NCBI RefSeq assembly: GCF_009914755.1
Contig: NC_060927.1
DNA length: 64,000 nucleotides
Direction: 5' to 3' (one strand)
Source of the DNA: the human T2T-CHM13v2.0 reference genome, Homo sapiens
Position 1 is the stretch's first letter, and each line of letters starts with the position of its first letter. The notes below the pieces were generated by a model. The model worked only from the letters and a program-made list of their open reading frames with translations. It was not told the DNA's origin and searched no databases. The position numbers and the translations under genes were made by a program. Of the stretch, positions 56,680 through 64,000 are shown one piece after another.

Positions 56680-58238
56680 CACTGAAAAGAAACAATTTCT
56701 TGTTCTTTGGACTGCTAAATTACATATATGTGAACAACTTTAGAAAACAAAGCAAATGTTCAGTGGTTTTTAATTATTTCACTCTTAAAGAGTACTTTTT
56801 AAAAAGTGCTTTTCTTCAATACACATTAAAGCAAACATAAGAAGGATTGATCAGTGCTCCAGTTGGTGGAGAAAACAGCCTAGAGATACGTTAGCACCCT
56901 GCTAAGCTTTTGGGACCCATCAGAACTATATTTCCATAATTGTAAAATTGACTGTAAGCTAAAGTCTGTTTAATCATCTGTGTATTTCCAATTTGCCTAT
57001 GTAGGTAAAGGCAGATAGATAGTGTACAATGCGTGTTAGTAATGGCCATAGAATAGTTTGGCTAGAATCTGTATACAGCTAAGACAAAGAAGGAAATGTC
57101 AAAGGAGACGATTATTTTATGTTAGGAACACACCATAAAACAATCAGTCTTTCCAGGAAAATTAAATAGGGATTTTGATAAAAGTCTGAAGCTGAACATT
57201 TATGAAGTTTCAGAAGCCCACACTCAGGAATCCTCAAACCCTACCTTTTCAACTTATTTTGAGACATAATAATTCAGAAAATATTTTTAACAAAGTGATC
57301 AATCCTTTACTTCAAATTTTCTTACATTAGATTTGATCAAACTTATTAGGAATTTGAGGTAATATACCAAATGTCTGACTCATGATTGTTTGAGTGTATG
57401 TGAAAACCAGGCTGTCCTCAATTAAAAAGCAAAGCAAACTATAACTCAAAGGATTGTACCAGAAGGGAATCAACATGGTTTTATAATAGATGTTAATGTT
57501 AACTGATAACCCACGCTATATGATCAGGTGAAACCTTTTTAGTGTTAAATCTTGCAAAAACCATTTGGCCATTAAATAAAGGAACTAAAATGGTTTTCTT
57601 TTCTGAGTGCTGAAAGATTTTGATAAGCCTACCAAAAATGAAAGTTTTTCTCTATAGACATTTTTTAGTATACTCTATAATCCATTCCACATGAAAATAC
57701 AGAACAAAAGTAAAATTTTAAGCAAAATACAAATTCTAGTACTCAAGAAAAAAGCTGAGTGCAATAAATGGAAGAGTTGTCTATTTTAACATGGAACTTA
57801 TTGCCACTAGCCATATCTCCTTTAACATAAGATATATGGGTAAGAAAATTCCAATTTAATGATATTCAAATATATAAATATTTGTTGCATCCTCAGGTTT
57901 CTAGTTATGTGTTAAAAAAATGATATGTTGAAATCTCTTCAATTTTAGAAGAACCTTGTTATAAAGAACAGAGCTAAAAATATTAGAACCACCTGCCCTT
58001 TAGTGTAACAAAATAAACTAGCCTTTTTGGTTTACTTAATTACAGTCTTACCATCAAAAATATATTCTCTAACTTAAAAAAATACTTTTTTGGTAATATT
58101 TGATGACATTTCTGATGAGAGCACATAAAAATAAAACAATACTTAAAGATGTGGATATAAAATGCTCAAGGAATCATCATTTAAAAACAGACGGTTCCCT
58201 TATTGTTTCTGTTCATGTCAAAAAGCAGGGTTTTTTTT
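56680..58238 (-). other. SLC2A2: SLC2A2 3'UTR (3' end approximate)
   Basis: AT-rich sequence with no recognised repeats following the stop codon; candidate poly(A) hexamers on - strand: ATTAAA 56769-56774 and AATAAA 56367-56372; cleavage site not determinable from sequence alone. Confidence 0.6.
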
Positions 58239-58768
<530 letters not shown>

Positions 58769-59361
58769 TCATTTGGCTGCTTTTTCCTTTAGCTAAGTAG
58801 CCTCTGAGTTCACAGGCGGCATACAACTTTTTCTAATGTATTTTGTTCAAGCAAGTATAAGTTATTCTATTCTGAGAGAAATTATTCTAGTCTGAATCAT
58901 GCATAACTCTTTAGATTTCTTATAAGGAAATCCTCTGGATTAGGATTTTCCTGTAAAAGAGGCAGGGCAAGGATCCAGTGACCTTTGCTTCTGCTCATAC
59001 TAAGGTTTCCAGACAAGATGTTTAGCTCCCTGTGAAGTAGTGGATGACAATGCCAGGAGGGCAGAGGTTCAGGTACATGCCCAAGGTCACACAGGAAGCC
59101 ATGTGGCAGAGTCAGCATTAAAACCCAGTTGGCGGTGAATCCAGAGCCTATGCTCTAACCATGGGTACATGGCCTCCCTGGATGACAACCAGAATTTACA
59201 TGCTGATATTCAGTCTTAAACCCAAGAAACTAGTTCATCTTTTCTTTATATATCTCCTTTGATTTTATGCTGTTGCTCTGGCTTTATTTCGTAAGTCAGT
59301 CTCAAATATTTTTGAATACAAAGCACTTTAACCTGGACCACAGAGGTGCCAGGTACCATCA

Positions 59362-59502
<141 letters not shown>

Positions 59503-62115
59503 CTAGGACAATTTTAAAGAAATTATCTCAGTTTTGTGAGTCACAAAATATTGACTGTTTACTTAAATCATTTTTACTGCCAAAGAGGTCATTTTAATTT
59601 ATATAACAGATAAGAGGCAATTCCATCCTTCCATTTTACAGGAGTGAGATCAAGGTGGGGAGTGACTCTAGCCCCAGGTGGCAGAGCTAGTTTCAGTGGA
59701 CAGCGGGTAATGATCAAATATCTGCTTAATTTAGTCACATTGGTTTGAATAGACCATTATAGAGATAGAACCATAATGTTACCACTACTCCAGGATTATC
59801 ACTTTGGGTACAATATTCACAGACTGTACAGCTGGGGTCTCTTCCAATAGATGTCCTGTACATTTAAAATTTGAAGGTTCCACATTTAAACATGACATTA
59901 ACTTATTTTCTAATAGTTATCCTAAGTTATAATTACAAGGGTCTGTGCACTATTGACACCGGAAACAGTACAACTGTTCAGGTGTCAACTATTCTCATCC
60001 AATTTTCTCACTGCTTAATAAAGTCCTATTATGACCACTCACCTAGCAACATGTGGAATTTGATAATTGAACCAAAATAGGCCTGCATTTTTCTGGTATG
60101 CTTAATTGTATCTTGTGCTGGGAGTGAACTATTCGTTTTAAAAGTTAGCACTTTAAAGCAAAGGGTTAAAATGCTTTCTTATCTTAACTGAGGAGATACG
60201 TCATTGATTCCTTTAGTTTTGTGGACCTTTGCATTAATGGTTAAGTTTTACAATTAGCCAAGACCAGAGTTTGTTATACTCTTGCCTGATCCTTGGAATA
60301 TTACCAAGGCTGGTGAGTCACTCTCCCCCTCACCCCCCACAAAACTTCCTGTCATAATTTCTCACTTTGGCACCTGGTGAGCAAGTTGGCTGGCTCATCA
60401 GCCTATCAGTAAATCAATAGCAATCCAATGTCTTTAGTATAGTGAGCTCTGGCTCTGAAGACATCTTAGAAACATTTCACCTACAGTGAAAGCCTGTTTC
60501 TCAGAGGCACACTCATATCAGAGTTTTAAATCACTTCAGATAAGATGATAAGCTAAGAGCACATATTTAATTATTGAGAAGGAAGTTGGAAAAAACAGAC
60601 TTTTCTCAAGTTCATTAAATTTCTCTCTATATTTTAACTCTTTTATTATGATGTTCAAAACTGGCTTGGTGCCACCACGTCAAGCTACCAAGAAAATAGA
60701 AGCATTTCTTTGTGAATAAGCTCCCTTACTATAAACTCTAAAACTGAACATCTTGAAAATTGAGTTGGCCTCTGTCCCTGAGGCCTGGTGTACACTCAGG
60801 ATGAGTGTGACAAGGAGTGAGACATGGTCAGTGGCTGGAGATGTCTTCCCAATTAGAACGCTCATCTTTGCCCCAGGGCCTCACGCAAATCCTGGGCTCT
60901 TAGTTCCAATTTGGTAGTCACCGCTTCTTTCTCAGTGTCATCCTGCTTCCTAGATCCCTCCATTTTCTTTCTGCTTTTTTTCTCTCAAGATTACAGGCCC
61001 TCTTCTACCAGCCCATTAGTGTGGAAGAAAATATAGGATGTGGAACACAATTAGTGTGGAGTTGGGAAAGTCTCTCTTCCCAAAAACAAACTGATGTTCT
61101 TCCAATTTGGTGAAACATTAATATATTCAGTGCATATTTCTATTTGCATATTTTTATTTGAAAGTACACACACAATTTGGTAACATTGGTTAATTTTGGG
61201 GAGAGAAACTGGGTGACGGAGGGACTATCCTTTTTATACTTTTTGAACTTTAAAACAATGTTTCAAAAATTAATATAATTAAAAATTTTAAATGTGATCT
61301 GTAGTCCTGGAGGCTTAATTAATGATTTGGACTGGTTTTAAAAGATTATGTCACTTCCCTGTTCAAAAACTTAAACAGAATCAAAGGATGGACTCTAAAA
61401 AGGTACATTCAAAATAATTAGGACACTGTCTTAAACAACTCCTCCCACATCAGTGGGGTTGGGAGCAGGGTGCAAAAATGAAACTTTACAGAAGTTTCCT
61501 CTTTAGATTTTTTCAGAATTTAGGCTACCCAATCTTGACAATTTGATGCTTTACATAGAAAATCCTATTATACACAAAATGTTTTAATAATAATCTATCA
61601 TAAAAAATATGTTGAAGAATTTGTAAAAAATATTCCAGGAGACAAAAGGGTGAATAGTCCCTTGGATTGCACTTCAGAAACAGGTCTTGATTGATTTAGA
61701 GTGGCCTTTTGGTTTAAACAGGCCTTATCTCTAAAGGTATGTCTACAGAACCATTGGTGTTTCGTTATTATCTGTTTTTCCTGCTCTTTCCAAGGTCCAG
61801 CACTGTTTAATGTGGTCTGGACAAACCTGCCTTTTGATCTGGGTAGCCAGGCTGTAATTTATTGATCACCCTAAGGTAATAGTTAAGAGTTCATGTGCAG
61901 AGAATAAAAAACAAGTGACTAAATTATATTGAGTATAGTATTGTGACTAAAATTGAAAAGAATAAACTTTTTGCTGTTTTTATCTTGTTGAACAAAGATA
62001 AAAATAAGCTCAATGACTCTCATTCTACAGTGAATTACATTAGTTGGGGAGTTTTTGTCTTTATTGTTGTTTGTTTACTTCTTAGATTATTATGTTAGAT
62101 ATTCTTGTTGTCAGG

Positions 62116-62227
62116 TTCTTATATATCCTTAATATATAAGAACCATCACTTCTTATATATCCTTAATATATAAGAACCATCACTTCTTATATATCCTTAA
62201 TATATAAGAACCATCACTTCTTATATA
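62116..62227. repeat. 34-bp tandem repeat, 3.3 identical copies, palindromic unit (SLC2A2 intron 8)
   Basis: TTCTTATATATCCTTAATATATAAGAACCATCAC at 62116, 62150, 62184, partial at 62218. Confidence 0.95.
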
Positions 62228-62893
62228 AAGTTATTTGGTTTTAAGAAGAGTATATGACTTTTTTTTTTGTTGGAAGAAAACAATAACATTTCTAGTTACT
62301 ATGTCACTTCCCTCATAATCTCACACATACTCTCATGCATCACCGGAAGCCACAACCTTGTGAACTACTTGGAAGCTCTGCTCAATGGCTTAATACCATT
62401 TGCTGAGTCTGTTTAACTTTGCTTAAAGGCTTAAATGTCTGTTAGAGAGGGCCTTGTTTATTTATTTTTATATGTTTCCCCCAAGGCACATGGTAAAAAA
62501 AAGAATTTGAACTATGTAAAAAGAGGAATCTAAGTAGACCATCCAATATCAATAGAAATGACAAGCTGTCAGCTACTCCCAAGGGGTTTATGTACAGAGA
62601 AAAGAAGGAACCTAGGAATCTGCACAAGGAGGAAGTTCTCTGTGTCCCCAAGTGAGTTAAAAATTCACAAATGAGTGACTAAATGGCATCCCAGCAGTGC
62701 AGAGAATCAGCGATTCACCTCAGTTATGCCTAATCTCAATGCAGTGGTTGGCTTATTCAAACAGGACTCTTCTCATGACTCACTTGGGTTTACACACTTA
62801 GAGCATGTGTACAATAAGTCATTGATTGCTTTTAGAGCCGAAGTTCCCCACCCCTCCTGCAATTTCTGGACTAAGGAACAAGCAGAGTATTTA

Positions 62894-63034
<141 letters not shown>

Positions 63035-63269
63035 TTAGCCTTAATCTTAAGAAGTCTGGCACTGATATCTTTAAAGCAAGAAATATTTTAGATTGTTTAT
63101 TTTTAGTTGTTTCTATAGCGGCATGCACCCTAGAACTTCGTACAGATTTTCTCCTTCCAAGGAAGAGAACCCTCAGTCTTCCTTTAGTGTTTAAAGCTTC
63201 TGATTGCTTAAACGTCCTCCTTATATTTAGTTGAGAACTCTGCTACTGCATTTTCTTTATTTTTGTAAA

Positions 63270-63690
63270 TAAATTGAAACGTTTTGTTAAAGTATAATAT
63301 ACATAGAAAAGTACACATAAATATGCAGCTTAATTAATTTTCACAAACTGAACACACCTATGTAACTAGCACCCAGATCAAGAGATAAATAATTTCCACC
63401 CCTCCAGAAACTTCTTAAATCTCCCTTTATCACTTATCCCAAGGAAACCACTCTTACAACTCCTGACATCATAGATAAATTTTGTCTACTTTTGTACTTG
63501 ATGTGAATGGAACCACATAATATGTATCATTTTGTGCCTGGCTTCTTTTAGTCAACATTACCTTTGTGAGAATCATCCTTATTGTGTATTGTAGACAGTT
63601 CACTATCATTACTATGTAGTATTTTATTATATTAATATACCACGATTTACTACTATTCTATTGATGAGTATTTAGGTAGCTGCCATTCCT
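63270..63690 (-). mobile_element. L1ME-like 3' end fragment
   Basis: ttttcacaaactgaacacacctatgtaactagcacccagatcaag motif. Confidence 0.65.
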
Positions 63691-64000
63691 AAATGAATAA
63701 TTTACTATTCATTAGGCTATCAGAAATCCTCAATTCAATACTCAACTCTAGAAGCCACTTGCAATGTAGTTTTTTTTGGGGGGGAGGGTGGGAGGCGGGT
63801 GTAATTATTCTTTTTCCCTCCTTGTATTTATTTTGATTTTTGCCTTTTGCCTTCACCTTAATATTAAACAGACATATAGTACCATTGACTATTGACGTTT
63901 TTAAAAATTGTAATTTTAGAAAACTTGAAGCAAAACGAAAGTTAATGCTCACTCAATATATATTTGTTGTAGCAAGACACATCATGATGTCAACATTTTT

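Noticed and set aside
62116-62227. Palindromic 34-bp repeats resembling a CRISPR array
   Set aside because: Units are head-to-tail with no unique spacers, there are no cas genes, and the context is a eukaryotic intron.

Overview
Mammalian genomic DNA, almost certainly human (primate Alu/L1PA/LTR12 repeats; the exons translate to human GLUT2), corresponding to the region at and downstream of the SLC2A2 3' end. The only functional protein-coding sequence is the last four exons of SLC2A2 on the - strand (63016-58239) plus its 3'UTR. The window also holds a ~4.1 kb processed KLF7 pseudogene (- strand, 10434-14538, with target-site duplication) and a retroposed U1 snRNA pseudogene (55206-55368). 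The rest is dense, nested transposon debris: L1s including a full-length L1PA7/8-like copy, Alus, an LTR12 solo LTR, MaLR/MLT2 LTRs, Tigger1, MER30, MER46/Tigger4a, MER53, Charlie-like fragments and MIR/L2. Nearly all ORFs in the supplied track are spurious repeat translations. I found no evidence of a new multi-gene system. The most interesting signal is a 158-nt extra segment exactly at the exon1/exon2 junction of the KLF7 retrocopy, which looks like a fossil of a stop-introducing cassette exon. Repeat subfamily calls come from recalled consensus sequences, and repeat boundaries are approximate unless a TSD is quoted.
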